In this document: piece by piece, positions 8,672-18,635 of the stretch | Numbering within the stretch: position 1 is the first letter of the stretch | Layout of the letters: each line of letters opens with the position of its first letter | Assembly: GCA_964614975.1 (NCBI GenBank) | Contig: CAZTOA010000002.1 | Coordinates: forward strand, 1-56,603 | Length of the DNA stretch: 56,603 nucleotides | From: an uncultured Gammaproteobacteria bacterium | GTDB taxonomy: Bacteria; Patescibacteriota; Microgenomatia; UBA1406; HO2-37-13b | Direction: 5' to 3' | Translations under genes and position numbers: made by a program | Notes under the pieces: model-generated | What the model was told of the DNA's origin: nothing | Database searches by the model: none | The model's input: the letters and a program-made list of their open reading frames with translations, nothing else

Positions 8672-9579
8672 CCTTCAGGACATCTAAATCGTAACTGAGG
8701 TACGGGTACCCGACATGCAGGTGGCGTCGGTGTTAGTGTTGGTGCTTCCGTTGTTGGTGTAGGACTTAAAGTTGGAATCGAAACTGGAACTGTCGGTGTT
8801 GGCGACGTACATACGCCAGGAACCTGGTCGGTAATTGTGACTTGTTTTTTACAAACCGACTGTCCGTCACCACAAGTAAGGGATACGTCGTACGTTCCTG
8901 GAGTAGCATAAGTAAATAACTGCTCATCAAAGCGCTGTGTTGCGACAGTGTCTCCTTGTGTAGAAGATTGTCCCTGAGCCCCAAAATCGAAAGTGCCGTC
9001 AGACCAGAGCGAACGAGCTGCTATGCCAGTATTTCCATCTGAAATGACTGAGAAATCGCATCGTTCTGTTGCTGAACAGCCATCAAGCGTCGTGACAGAT
9101 AGTTGCTCACCGCCTCCTGGACATGAGGTTGGGGTAGGAATAGTTCCGACTGGAAGAGTTGGTGTTGGCTGGCTAAGAGGCAATGTAGGCGTTGGTTCAT
9201 CAATTGGTAGCGTCGGAGTAATTTGTCCGATTGGTACACAACAAAAACCGAGGACTTGTGGTGTTGGGCTGATTTGAATTGAACCCGTAGGTCCAATATC
9301 ATTGCCACCAAATGCACCTCCATCAATACTCCCGGTTCCAATAGATTGTTGGCCACCGCCAGTAGGAAGCACAGGTACGGGAATAAATCCTGAAGGGCAC
9401 TTTCCAGTTGGATCAGCTGGGACGCCACCAATAGGGCAACTGAACTGAGTTCCAACTTGTTGAGCATTAGGACGTGTTGCTTGGCGCTGTTGCAGACCTA
9501 ACATAATAAATCCTGTTGCAACAGTAAAAAATAGTAGTCCGCCAATACCGATAATGACCTTATTGTTGAACATAGGCAC
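8656..9579 (-). CDS. Secreted PT-linker/Cys-containing hypothetical protein
   Basis: 307 aa with an N-terminal TM helix and repeated PTPTLP linkers. 16-nt overlap with the downstream gene and 20-nt overlap with the upstream gene. Confidence 0.5.
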   Translation of the reverse strand: MPMFNNKVIIGIGGLLFFTVATGFIMLGLQQRQATRPNAQQVGTQFSCPIGGVPADPTGKCPSGFIPVPVLPTGGGQQSIGTGSIDGGAFGGNDIGPTGSIQISPTPQVLGFCCVPIGQITPTLPIDEPTPTLPLSQPTPTLPVGTIPTPTSCPGGGEQLSVTTLDGCSATERCDFSVISDGNTGIAARSLWSDGTFDFGAQGQSSTQGDTVATQRFDEQLFTYATPGTYDVSLTCGDGQSVCKKQVTITDQVPGVCTSPTPTVPVSIPTLSPTPTTEAPTLTPTPPACRVPVPQLRFRCPEGCSQL

Positions 9580-12124
9580 CTAATTCAATAATGGTAAAGC
9601 CTTTTCGTTCAATTGGCGAAAGTTTTGGAGCGACAACCCCGGGGGTTGTCTGGGCCGTTGCCACAGGCTCTAGATAAATATGAACTCGTCGTACTGTTGT
9701 TGGCGCAGGGGAAAGTCTGAACGGTAATTGTCTACTTACCTCGGCTTCATCAAGCAAACCCATAAATACGTTCTTATTTTGTTGTAGGTCTCCTTCAACT
9801 CTATACATTTCTTTCAACAATGCTGTGGTTTCTTGAGAAGTAAGTCGTAGATCGTGTGCGATACTTTGGGCCTTCTCAACGATCTTATCCGAAGATATAA
9901 TCCAACCATTTTTTGGTTGTGCAAAGCGAACGTCGCTATATTCATAATGAAGTCTATCTCGAGTTAATCCATTGTTAAAACTGAGCGTTCCATCAGGCTG
10001 AGCATTAAAAGTAAGATTCTTCTTTAAATATGGATCAACGTATGCGACATGATTATGGTCAAACGAGAAGTTAACAAGCATTGGCTTCTCTGGATAGAAG
10101 AAGAGAAGCGGCGAAATTGTTGATAACCAGCGACATTTACTATCAACGCGGAAATTATTGTATGTTCGTGATTGGATACCGAATTGAGTCGCATTTCTGC
10201 GTGCCAGCCAGATTGTTTCGTTTGTAAGCCCTGCATCGCTAAGAGGAGTCGGGTGACTCGTCAATGAGGTTAAGTTAAATCGTTCTAAATAGAGCGTATT
10301 GGCAACATGGTCCCAATAGAGAGCTCTTTCGCCGACACCGTTTCCATAATCAACGTTAGGTAAGTTTTGAATGTCAGTTGTAAGCGCGTATAACTTTTTT
10401 AAGTCAAGGCCATTACTTCCATAAGCCACTCGTGAAGGTTCATTAATCATAATCTCTGCCCCAATTGCCAAAAGCTCGTTTTGAATGCGTTCTTCGAATG
10501 GCAGACTTGCTAAAGATGCGTCACCTTCCTGTGGATTCGAATACTGATCATGGACGGAATTTTCGACAACAAGAGGACCCGAAGCAAGATTCGAGAAGTA
10601 ATATACCGTTCCAATACCGGCTACAAAGATTGGACGACCTTCCTCGATGAGGTCGCCGGCTAGATTATAGATAACGCATTTATCTGTACTTGGAGGAGGT
10701 GGGGTTATGCTCGGTGACTGCGGTGTTGTTGGCGATGGAGCGATTGTTGTAGGTGTCGGGTTTTGAGGTGGTGTCGGGGTATTCTTGAACGTTTCAAAGG
10801 TACAGGTGCCTGAGCCGTTCGGACATGGGATCTGGATTTCTTGATCAAGTGCGAAGGCAGGTTTCACAAAGAAAGATGTTGCCTCAGTATCTTCGAGAGA
10901 TGAAACGGCTGGAATTGTTTGGACAAATTTTACGCGAACGCCTGTTTCTGTTTCTGCATAGCCACGCACGATATACACTGGCTGGAGATATCGTTGTACG
11001 ACATTCGCGGGCTTTTCAATAAAGGATAAAGCCATATCAGTTATGACTGCCTCTTGAGTTTTGAGCTCATTATTTAAGTAAACCTTGTCGTAGTCGATGT
11101 TTCCTTGACCTGAAGGGACGGTAATGTTAAAGTACGAGCCTTTGTTTTGGAGCTCTTCGATGGCCTCATCGGGGGAAAGGATTGATAAGGCGAGGCCGGT
11201 TACATAGTCTGAGCTTTCAATGGGGCGCAAGTTAGATTCTATTGAGATAATTGCACCCGCACTATTAACGCCAACGGTAAGTGTATTAAAGTCGCTGCGA
11301 CGGGCTTTTCCTGGTGTATCAGAAGCCAAAATGATCGTCGCGTCATTTGCTGCATCAGCTGCAAATGAGTTAAGACTTACTTTTTGCAGCTGCACGTCTT
11401 CAGTTAAGTTTGCAACACCAATTGGGTTGATGATTTGCAATCCCATTTGTTCCTGATCACGATGGAATTCGTAATATGTTACGTCTGGCGTTGTGTTGCG
11501 CTGGTAATATGCGGTAAGAGTCGTCGTTTCATCAATAATTTGTAAAGAATCTTTCAGATAGTTTGTGAGCGCTGGACGAATGTCTGTTATCGTTTTAAGT
11601 TGTTCAAGCGGCGTTGCAGATCCAACAGAATTTAAGGCAAATGTACCCGTTTTTGTATTGAAAACTAAATAGCCAAAGGCGCTATTATAGGTACGCACTC
11701 CTTCAGAAGTCGCAATAAGTTGTGCGTCAGAAGACAGTAACTTTTGTGCTAAAGCAAGCGTTTCTGGCTCAGAAAAAGAGTTCTTAAAGGTATAGATTTT
11801 TGTCTGAGCTGGAAGAAAGGGAAGTGTGGTCGCTACTGTGTAGCGACCAACGTTAAATTTTGGCGCGCTGCGCGCGCCAGCATTATCTTTTGAGGTGGTT
11901 TCAACAGGAATAAGATCTCTGTAATAACTTGCTGTTTTTGGATCTTTGAGGGCTTTTGTGATGCGCTCGGTTTGTGGATGATCGCTGAGATCACTTTTTG
12001 GATGGGTGAGGCGAAAATAGTAAAAAGCACCGCCGACAATTGACACCATTATAAGCAGAGTAAGAAGCATTCCTCCAAATTTTTTTAAAGGAGATTCTTT
12101 CTCAGCAAAGGCAAGCTCAGTCAT
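9560..12124 (-). CDS. Large membrane-anchored hypothetical protein
   Basis: 854 aa with a single N-terminal TM helix and an internal PTPPQNPTPTTIAPSPTTPQSPSITPPPPS linker. TGGTATGCT extended -10 lies 6 nt from the ATG. No recognisable catalytic motif. Confidence 0.55.
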   Translation of the reverse strand: MTELAFAEKESPLKKFGGMLLTLLIMVSIVGGAFYYFRLTHPKSDLSDHPQTERITKALKDPKTASYYRDLIPVETTSKDNAGARSAPKFNVGRYTVATTLPFLPAQTKIYTFKNSFSEPETLALAQKLLSSDAQLIATSEGVRTYNSAFGYLVFNTKTGTFALNSVGSATPLEQLKTITDIRPALTNYLKDSLQIIDETTTLTAYYQRNTTPDVTYYEFHRDQEQMGLQIINPIGVANLTEDVQLQKVSLNSFAADAANDATIILASDTPGKARRSDFNTLTVGVNSAGAIISIESNLRPIESSDYVTGLALSILSPDEAIEELQNKGSYFNITVPSGQGNIDYDKVYLNNELKTQEAVITDMALSFIEKPANVVQRYLQPVYIVRGYAETETGVRVKFVQTIPAVSSLEDTEATSFFVKPAFALDQEIQIPCPNGSGTCTFETFKNTPTPPQNPTPTTIAPSPTTPQSPSITPPPPSTDKCVIYNLAGDLIEEGRPIFVAGIGTVYYFSNLASGPLVVENSVHDQYSNPQEGDASLASLPFEERIQNELLAIGAEIMINEPSRVAYGSNGLDLKKLYALTTDIQNLPNVDYGNGVGERALYWDHVANTLYLERFNLTSLTSHPTPLSDAGLTNETIWLARRNATQFGIQSRTYNNFRVDSKCRWLSTISPLLFFYPEKPMLVNFSFDHNHVAYVDPYLKKNLTFNAQPDGTLSFNNGLTRDRLHYEYSDVRFAQPKNGWIISSDKIVEKAQSIAHDLRLTSQETTALLKEMYRVEGDLQQNKNVFMGLLDEAEVSRQLPFRLSPAPTTVRRVHIYLEPVATAQTTPGVVAPKLSPIERKGFTIIELGAYVQQ

Positions 12125-12182
12125 ACTTTCAGCATACCATGTTAAACCTCGGCCCTCAAGCCTAAGGTGCTATAATGTCCTC

Positions 12183-13589
12183 ATGTCGAAATACTACGTC
12201 GGTACCCCAATATATTATGTGAATGACGTGCCTCATGTGGGACACTTTTATACTACTTTGGCAGCAGATGTTTTGGCACGCTATTACGCGCTAAAGATTG
12301 GAAAAGAAAACGTACTGTTTGTAACAGGAACTGATGAGCATGGTGCGAAAGTTGCTGAAGCAGCTGCGTCTCATGGAAAAACGCCTCAGGAATATGCTGA
12401 TGAAGTTGCTCCTGCCTTTCAGAAAGCTTGGGAGGAGGCAGGGCTTTCTTATGATTATTTTATGCGCACAACGCATCCAGAACACAAGAGGATTGCGCAG
12501 GAAGTTCTTCAGAAGATGTACGATGCAAAATTTATCTACAAAGGCGTCTATGAAGGTTTGTACTGTGTTGGTTGTGAGAAGTTTTTAACTGAACAAGACC
12601 TCGTTGATGGCAAATGCCCGTTACATCCAAACCAAGAGCCGGTTCATCAAAAAGAAGACAACTATTTCTTCAAATTGAAGGACTTTGCGGCTCAGGTACG
12701 GGCTAAAATAGCAAGTGGCGAAATTGAAGTTTTGCCAGAAAGTCGTCGAAATGAGGTCTTAGGGAGAATCGACCAGGGTGTTGAAGACATTTCAATTTCG
12801 CGCCAAGGCTTAAGTTGGGGTGTGCAAATTCCATGGGACAATACACAGACCGTGTATGTCTGGGTAGAGGCACTTTTTTACTATTACACTGCTACAAAAA
12901 TTATTGAAGGTAAAGAAGATTTTTGGCCAATCCAGATGCATTTAATGGCAAAAGATATAGTGTGGTTCCACGCATTTATTTGGCCTGCGCTTTTGCTTGC
13001 GGCAGGATTGGAATTACCAAAGACCATTTTTGCGCACGGATTTTTCACCATTAACGGTCAAAAAATGTCAAAATCCCTTGGAAATGTGATTGCGCCATCA
13101 GAATTGATAGAAAAATATGGGAGAGATGGCGCGCGCTATCTTCTTCTGTCTGCGTATACATTTGGGAATGATGGTGATCTTGCTCTTGATAAATTTACCG
13201 ATACATATAACAGCGATCTTGCAAATGGTCTGGGTAATCTTATTTCGCGTGCTGCAAAGCTTTGTGAAGGATTAGATATGGGTGAACATACATCAAAGGA
13301 ATTTACATTCCAATATATTGAGCGAATTGAGTCATTCGGATTCAAAGAGATACTTGATGACATATGGAGGAAGTTGAGTGAGCTTGATAAGTACTTTAAC
13401 CACGTAGAGCCATGGAAACTCAAAGGTACTCCTGAAGCCCTAAAAGAGGCACTTTTGCCTGTTGTGCAAGGATTACTGGATATTTCTATAGAGCTTGAGC
13501 CTTTTATGCCAGAAACTGCGGAGAAGATTAAGAAACAATTTTCTGGTGCAGAAATCAAAGCGGGTGAGCCTTACTTTAAGAGAATCTAA
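12183..13589 (+). CDS. metG: Methionyl-tRNA synthetase
   Basis: Class I HIGH-type motif (PHVGHFY), KMSKS (KMSKSLGN) and a CxxC...CP zinc knuckle. TATAAT at 12171-12176 is 6 nt from the ATG. Confidence 0.95.
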   Translation: MSKYYVGTPIYYVNDVPHVGHFYTTLAADVLARYYALKIGKENVLFVTGTDEHGAKVAEAAASHGKTPQEYADEVAPAFQKAWEEAGLSYDYFMRTTHPEHKRIAQEVLQKMYDAKFIYKGVYEGLYCVGCEKFLTEQDLVDGKCPLHPNQEPVHQKEDNYFFKLKDFAAQVRAKIASGEIEVLPESRRNEVLGRIDQGVEDISISRQGLSWGVQIPWDNTQTVYVWVEALFYYYTATKIIEGKEDFWPIQMHLMAKDIVWFHAFIWPALLLAAGLELPKTIFAHGFFTINGQKMSKSLGNVIAPSELIEKYGRDGARYLLLSAYTFGNDGDLALDKFTDTYNSDLANGLGNLISRAAKLCEGLDMGEHTSKEFTFQYIERIESFGFKEILDDIWRKLSELDKYFNHVEPWKLKGTPEALKEALLPVVQGLLDISIELEPFMPETAEKIKKQFSGAEIKAGEPYFKRI

Positions 13590-13780
13590 TAGCCGTCATA
13601 GCTTCGAAGCTTATCCATAATCTTATCCTGCGCAAACCTATGCAGCTTCTTGAACGTGTTCATAGAGAGTAATATTGCTGTTGGTTTTTTATCAGCTTGT
13701 ACATAAAGATATCCATACTCTTCTAATTTTGCTAAAAGTTCTTCAGGGACTTTTGTTACCGATATTCGTGGGAAAAACAT
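13586..13780 (-). CDS. Small hypothetical protein (weak Phd/YefM-antitoxin-like flavour)
   Basis: 64 aa. TAAAAT box 6 nt upstream of the ATG. 4-nt convergent overlap with metG. Family assignment is only an impression. Confidence 0.3.
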   Translation of the reverse strand: MFFPRISVTKVPEELLAKLEEYGYLYVQADKKPTAILLSMNTFKKLHRFAQDKIMDKLRSYDGY

Positions 13781-13846
13781 AGAGAGATTTTAGAGGGGAT
13801 TTGTTAAGGAATTCTTATAAAGAAGGGCTAGTGGATTAAGAGATGC

Positions 13847-13879
13847 GGGCGGAGCCGTGCGTTGTGCACGACTCCGCCC
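13847..13879 (-). terminator. GC-rich hairpin ending cassette 2
   Basis: GGGCGGAG (13847-13854) / CTCCGCCC (13872-13879), about 60 nt after the stop codon. Poor U-tract. Confidence 0.45.
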
Positions 13880-13940
13880 TCAATGATCCTACCACTCAGC
13901 GGTCTACATGGCACGAGGGCCATTTCGACCGCAGAAGCGG

Positions 13941-14147
13941 TTACGACACGATTTCAGCTCGTGTCAAGGTGGCGCGGATGCGCCCCTGGGCCTCCTCGCT
14001 GTTGAACGCCGCCATTCGTGGTCGCATCCCGTACCTCCGGGCTGCGACGACGTAGGCCGGGCGATACGCCGGAGGGGCGAATCGACGGACGTCATCGAGC
14101 GTACTGCTGGCGCTCCTTGGTGAACCACCGGTCGCTACTTGCTGCAT
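13941..14147 (-). CDS. Cassette 2 ORF: 68-aa basic protein MQQVATGGSPRSASSTLDDVRRFAPPAYRPAYVVAARRYGMRPRMAAFNSEEAQGRIRATLTRAEIVS
   Basis: AAGGAG (14157-14162) lies 9 nt upstream of the ATG at 14147. GC-rich codons. The ORF track extends it to 14240 through a leader hairpin (CCCCGAGTTGACTCGGGG), which I consider less likely. Confidence 0.45.
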   Translation of the reverse strand: MQQVATGGSPRSASSTLDDVRRFAPPAYRPAYVVAARRYGMRPRMAAFNSEEAQGRIRATLTRAEIVS

Positions 14148-14308
14148 GGGTATGGGCTCCTTCTTGCAGCTTGTGCTGATTGCTCGCATCAACATGTGAA
14201 TGTGCCATCCCCGAGTCAACTCGGGGTAGGGGCTGAGCATTCCCTTTCTAGCAACAAAATAAGGCGATTAGCCCCACTTATTACCAAAAAGCATGCGCTC
14301 AACCCCTT

Positions 14309-14338
14309 AAAAAAAGAAAAAATCAGCCGATGCTGATT
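14309..14338 (-). terminator. Rho-independent terminator downstream of PBP2
   Basis: AATCAGC/GCTGATT stem (14321-14327/14332-14338) followed on the minus strand by TTTTTTCTTTTTTT. Confidence 0.7.
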
Positions 14339-14360
14339 CTCAATGTAATTACTATAAGTC

Positions 14361-14389
14361 AGTATAGACCTATTTTTTGACCGTGTCAA
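14361..14389 (-). promoter_or_regulatory. Consensus sigma70-type promoter TTGACA-17-TATACT directly after the PBP2 stop
   Basis: -35 at 14384-14389 and -10 at 14361-14366 (minus strand). The predicted start is only ~16 nt upstream of the 14309-14338 terminator. Confidence 0.45.
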
Positions 14390-14396
14390 GAGGAAT

Positions 14397-16043
14397 TTAT
14401 TGGTTTCTTTGAAAATATGTCGTTAGAATTTCCTTCGCAATCGGAGCAGCAATGTTTGAACCTTCACCAGCTTCTTCAACAAGAACAGTGAGTGAGATTT
14501 CTGGTTTATCAAAAGGTGCAAAAATAGTAAACCACGCATGGGGAATGCCACTTTTTAGATGTGATTCCGCCGTTCCCGTTTTACAACCAACCTCAACTCT
14601 TTGGCCTTTTGTGACAGGCTCAAAAGTAAAGAACGGCCATCCAGTTCCACCTGTTTCACACGCCTTTTTCATGCCTTCTCGGATTGTTGCGAGGGTCTCT
14701 TTTTCTAATCCAAGATCCTCGCAATGCGGAGTAATCTCGTCAGATATTTTTAATATTTGAGGCAGGCAGTATTTCCCATCTTGTGCAAAAACTGCAGAAG
14801 ATAAGGCGAGTTGGATTGGTGTAACGAGTAGATATCCCTGGCCAATAGAGAAATTATAGGAATCTCCTAGATACCATTTTTCTCCAATGCGCTCACGCTT
14901 CCAAAAATCCGAAGGAATTAGACCAGTACTGTCATCTAAATTAATTCCAGTATGTTTTCCAAAACCAAACGTATGCGACCAACTCTTAAGCTTACTTTCA
15001 CCTAATTTTTCTCCCAAACGATAAAAATATATGTCGTTTGAGCGTTGTAGTCCCTTTACCATATCAACCATGCCGTCAGTCTTACCATATTTCGTGTAAA
15101 ACCAGTTATGAAATCTTTGTTTATTTGCGCCAACCTCAATAAATCCATTGTCTTCAATGAGATCTGACGGCGAAATTACCTTCTCTTCAAGCGCTGCCGC
15201 AGCAATAACAGGCTTAAAAACTGATCCAGGTGGATATGTACCAAGTAGCGCACGATTATATAGAGGTTGCTCTTTGTTTTTCAAATAGCCTTGTACCGCA
15301 GCTGTTTCGTTATCTTCAAAGGCTTGCGGATTGTATGTCGGATAAGAGAGCATAATGAGTACCTCACCCGTACCTGGTTTAAGGGCGATTATCGATATTT
15401 TCTTATTTGGGTAGTCAACAACCTCATTACTTTTTGGCAAATTCTGAACAATCACTTCGTGAGCACGCTTTTGAAGTTCAGCGTCAATACTTAGTGTAAT
15501 ATCTTTGCCCGCTTGAGGCTCGATCTTTGAGATTGTTTTTACAAATTTGCCTTGCGCATTAGTTTCAATAAGTTCACGTCCTTTTATTGGGCGCAAATCG
15601 CATTCAAAGAGTTTTTCGACACCCTTAACGCCCAATTTATCATTGAGGCGAAGCTTTTCTTTACATGCATCGTCTTTTAGATTTTCTGCTGAGGCTATTT
15701 GGCGATAGCCGAGGATATGTGCAAATGCTTCGCCATCAGAATATACGCGCCTGAATTTCTTGTCTTCGCCTTCTGAATAGCTAATTACTTGTCCTTTGCG
15801 ATCAAAGATTGTGCCTCTTTTTCCTTCGATAGCGATCTCAGTCAAAAGATTATTTTCTGAGGCGAATTTATAGTAAGCGCCTTTTACAAGGGTAATGTGG
15901 AAGAGGCGGATGACAAAAATGAGGAAAATGAATGCAATGCCGAAAGGAATGAGGTAGGCTCGAAGACTTGCACCTGATGTCGAGCGTGGCTTAAAGTTTA
16001 TATTGCCATCAATTCTTGAGAAGGGTGGGAGTTTCTTATTCAT
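14397..16043 (-). CDS. mrdA: Penicillin-binding protein 2 family transpeptidase
   Basis: N-terminal TM anchor. SxxK (GSVFKP), SxN (RSND) and KTG (KTGTA) motifs in the expected order. Confidence 0.85.
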   Translation of the reverse strand: MNKKLPPFSRIDGNINFKPRSTSGASLRAYLIPFGIAFIFLIFVIRLFHITLVKGAYYKFASENNLLTEIAIEGKRGTIFDRKGQVISYSEGEDKKFRRVYSDGEAFAHILGYRQIASAENLKDDACKEKLRLNDKLGVKGVEKLFECDLRPIKGRELIETNAQGKFVKTISKIEPQAGKDITLSIDAELQKRAHEVIVQNLPKSNEVVDYPNKKISIIALKPGTGEVLIMLSYPTYNPQAFEDNETAAVQGYLKNKEQPLYNRALLGTYPPGSVFKPVIAAAALEEKVISPSDLIEDNGFIEVGANKQRFHNWFYTKYGKTDGMVDMVKGLQRSNDIYFYRLGEKLGESKLKSWSHTFGFGKHTGINLDDSTGLIPSDFWKRERIGEKWYLGDSYNFSIGQGYLLVTPIQLALSSAVFAQDGKYCLPQILKISDEITPHCEDLGLEKETLATIREGMKKACETGGTGWPFFTFEPVTKGQRVEVGCKTGTAESHLKSGIPHAWFTIFAPFDKPEISLTVLVEEAGEGSNIAAPIAKEILTTYFQRNQ

Positions 16044-16099
16044 TTCAGCTCTATTATACAGCTGATAGATAATGTTGGCAGATCGGCTATAATATAAGA

Positions 16100-17827
16100 A
16101 TGCAGTTAAAACGGGCTATAGGTTTTTGTGTCAGTCTCATGGCGCTTTCATGCGCTGCCTTTTTTATGCCTGCAGCAGTTCATGCGCAGTTCGGCACAGC
16201 TGATAATATTATTGGTGTTCATCAAATTTCACCATCAAAAGAAGATATTCGTGCAGGATGCAGAATGGTAAATGCGAATGGCGGAGCGTGGGGGTGGCAA
16301 ACGATTGTTATTCGCGAAGGTGAATATACCGTTTCGCAGCTCCAAGAGCTCGAAGATATTGCACGAGAAGAAAAATGTATCTTAATTCATCGCCTTGCAA
16401 CGGGCTTTGCTGAGAATGGAGCATGGGCGAAGCCAACGGATAAAACAATCAAATATTTTGCGGACTTATTTTCTCAGGAGGAGAAAATAGATCCGAGCGG
16501 AAAAAAGGTGCCAACACTTCTTACTTCAACGAAGCAGGCCTTTATTATCTGGCTCAATGAACCAAATCATGGAGCGGAATTTGGAGGATCGTGCGACGGC
16601 GTTGCGTATGGTAATTCGGCCGTCGCAGCAGCAAGAGCAATAAAAGAAAAAAATTCTAATGTTGTCTTTATGCTGGCCGGTCTTGATCTCGCCGCACCTG
16701 AAAGCCGCCCGTCTTTTTGCGATGCCGGCCGATTTTATGAAGACATGCTTGCTGGCGTCCCACAAGTAGTCGATTATTGGGACGCACTTGCATCGCATTG
16801 TTATCCAATGAATTTTATTGGCTCAGCAACAACCTCCGGAAGACGTTCTGTAGTTTGCTACCGATGGGAGAAAAGCTTGTTGCAGAGCCTTGGAGTAAGT
16901 AAGGCCGCTGATTTTAAAGTATTTATTACAGAAACAGGATGGAAGCATGGCGCCGGCGGCATTCCGGTCTCATATGCTGCTGATAATCTTCGCATTGCGC
17001 TTCAGAGATGGAAAGATGATGGCATCATATCAGCTTCATACTTTGCATATAAGTTTCTAACCCCTCCATTTGATACATTTTCGCTTATGAACCAAGAGAA
17101 TCAGGGCAATGAAATTGCGAACGTACTCGCAGGCTTTCCAAAAATAAATGGAAAGCCAGATCAGATCTATAAATCAACCTGTACCGGCACATTTCCAAAA
17201 GATGTTGTTGAAAACGTGCCGTATGACATTCAAATCGAATGCGAAAACAAAGGAACAGATATTTGGAATGGTTTGAACGGCGAGTATTCGCTTGTTTTAC
17301 AATCGCCATTTGAATATACATGCTCGTCATTCCATACGGTTAAGCCTCACGGTGTCTTGCGTACTACTTGCACGATAAATCCAGGAACGACATCAGGTTG
17401 CCCGACCCTAAATGTCGGTATGATGAGCGAAGGCTCGCTTCTTATGAGTATGATGAACACAGAAATGTGTGTGTATCCGGCGCCCCGCTTAGAGCTTACT
17501 AATATGCGCCGTTTCCCAGGAATTGATATAAATGGCGACACGGCAGAAGTACAAGTAATTAAAGAAAGCACTCAAAAACCATCGTATCGTACCTCTGCTC
17601 TTATTGAAAACGGCTCTATAATAATCCCAGCGGTTGAAGGTGTTTCGTTTGACGATACATACCGCGTCGTAGTTTTGAAGCAGGGTAGTTTACCAGTTCA
17701 AATAGTTAATGTTCGCTTTGGAAAGACAGAAAATAAGCTCGAAGTTCCTATGTTTTTACCTATTGATCGTAATGAGGATGGAAAGTTTTCGCTTTCTGAC
17801 TTAATCAGCAATTACGCTGGAAATTGA
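16100..17827 (+). CDS. Secreted clan GH-A-like glycoside hydrolase with C-terminal beta-rich region
   Basis: Signal peptide ending AVHAQ. WLNEPNH (acid/base NEP) and FITETGW (nucleophile E) spaced as in (beta/alpha)8 clan-A enzymes. TATAAT at 16088-16093 is 6 nt from the ATG. Confidence 0.5.
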   Translation: MQLKRAIGFCVSLMALSCAAFFMPAAVHAQFGTADNIIGVHQISPSKEDIRAGCRMVNANGGAWGWQTIVIREGEYTVSQLQELEDIAREEKCILIHRLATGFAENGAWAKPTDKTIKYFADLFSQEEKIDPSGKKVPTLLTSTKQAFIIWLNEPNHGAEFGGSCDGVAYGNSAVAAARAIKEKNSNVVFMLAGLDLAAPESRPSFCDAGRFYEDMLAGVPQVVDYWDALASHCYPMNFIGSATTSGRRSVVCYRWEKSLLQSLGVSKAADFKVFITETGWKHGAGGIPVSYAADNLRIALQRWKDDGIISASYFAYKFLTPPFDTFSLMNQENQGNEIANVLAGFPKINGKPDQIYKSTCTGTFPKDVVENVPYDIQIECENKGTDIWNGLNGEYSLVLQSPFEYTCSSFHTVKPHGVLRTTCTINPGTTSGCPTLNVGMMSEGSLLMSMMNTEMCVYPAPRLELTNMRRFPGIDINGDTAEVQVIKESTQKPSYRTSALIENGSIIIPAVEGVSFDDTYRVVVLKQGSLPVQIVNVRFGKTENKLEVPMFLPIDRNEDGKFSLSDLISNYAGN

Positions 17828-18469
17828 TTGAAGTTTTTCTAAACGCTCCGCAACATCTTCAGCCTTGAAATAACTTCCTGGACAAGCTGCATCGGGTTGA
17901 TGAGGTTTCTGCATGACAGTTTTAAGATTTTCTTCATTTATTGCACCATCAAGCACAATTTCGCCCTCATAACCCTTGTCTCTTAGCTGGCCAATCTTCT
18001 CAAGCACTTCAGGAACAAATGGATTACCTTGTTGACCAGGAACTACGGTCATAAGTTGAATAGAAGGGAATTCTTTTATTTGTTCCCATGAAGCCTCAAC
18101 TGTTTCATCAGGATTAAGTACGATGCCAATATCGAAAGGCGTATGATCAGAGAGTTCGTCAAAAGTATGTTGCAGAGCCTTAAGTTGTACGAACACATTG
18201 CGAATGTATATATCTGGAATATCTTCAAGTTCGCGCAATACTGTTGCATAGTCCTGAACCATAAGGTGGAATTCAAATTGAATGTATGCGAGGTCCCATT
18301 CTGGAACTTCCATAAGTGTTTTAATATCACTGACTTGGATTGTTTTTGTAGGAACAAATATGCCGTCGGCAATATCTACTTGAAGGTAATCAAAATGAGG
18401 CGTAAGTCGGGTCAAATCTTTGGAGAATTCTTCAATATCGGTCTCAAGAATTGAGGGGTAAATGTTCAT
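17801..18469 (-). CDS. rpe: Ribulose-phosphate 3-epimerase (divergent)
   Basis: YPSIL...LQVDIADGIFVP... and the C-terminal GAINEENL pattern resemble Rpe. 27-nt convergent overlap with the preceding gene. Confidence 0.7.
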   Translation of the reverse strand: MNIYPSILETDIEEFSKDLTRLTPHFDYLQVDIADGIFVPTKTIQVSDIKTLMEVPEWDLAYIQFEFHLMVQDYATVLRELEDIPDIYIRNVFVQLKALQHTFDELSDHTPFDIGIVLNPDETVEASWEQIKEFPSIQLMTVVPGQQGNPFVPEVLEKIGQLRDKGYEGEIVLDGAINEENLKTVMQKPHQPDAACPGSYFKAEDVAERLEKLQSISSVIAD

Positions 18470-18528
18470 ACGAATTAGTGTAACGAAAAAAGTTGAGAAT
18501 CGTCAAGTGATAGTAGCGATCCAGCGGT

Positions 18529-18557
18529 TTGTTATTTTCTATGGGCGTTGTTATAAT
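18529..18557 (+). promoter_or_regulatory. Promoter of cassette 3 (TTGTTA-17-TATAAT)
   Basis: -35 at 18529-18534 and -10 at 18552-18557. About 72 nt of leader before the ATG. Confidence 0.45.
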
Positions 18558-18635
18558 AGGCTGTTCTCGTGTTTTATGCACCTGAACAATGCACCTTTCA
18601 TTCGTTCAATCAAGCCGAAAGGCAGGAGGCCCGAC

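Noticed and set aside
13843-14123. Plus-strand 70- and 71-aa ORFs in cassette 2, and the 99-aa long form of the minus ORF
   Set aside because: The plus-strand starts have no SD. The long minus form begins inside the leader hairpin upstream of the AAGGAG, so I preferred the internal ATG at 14147.
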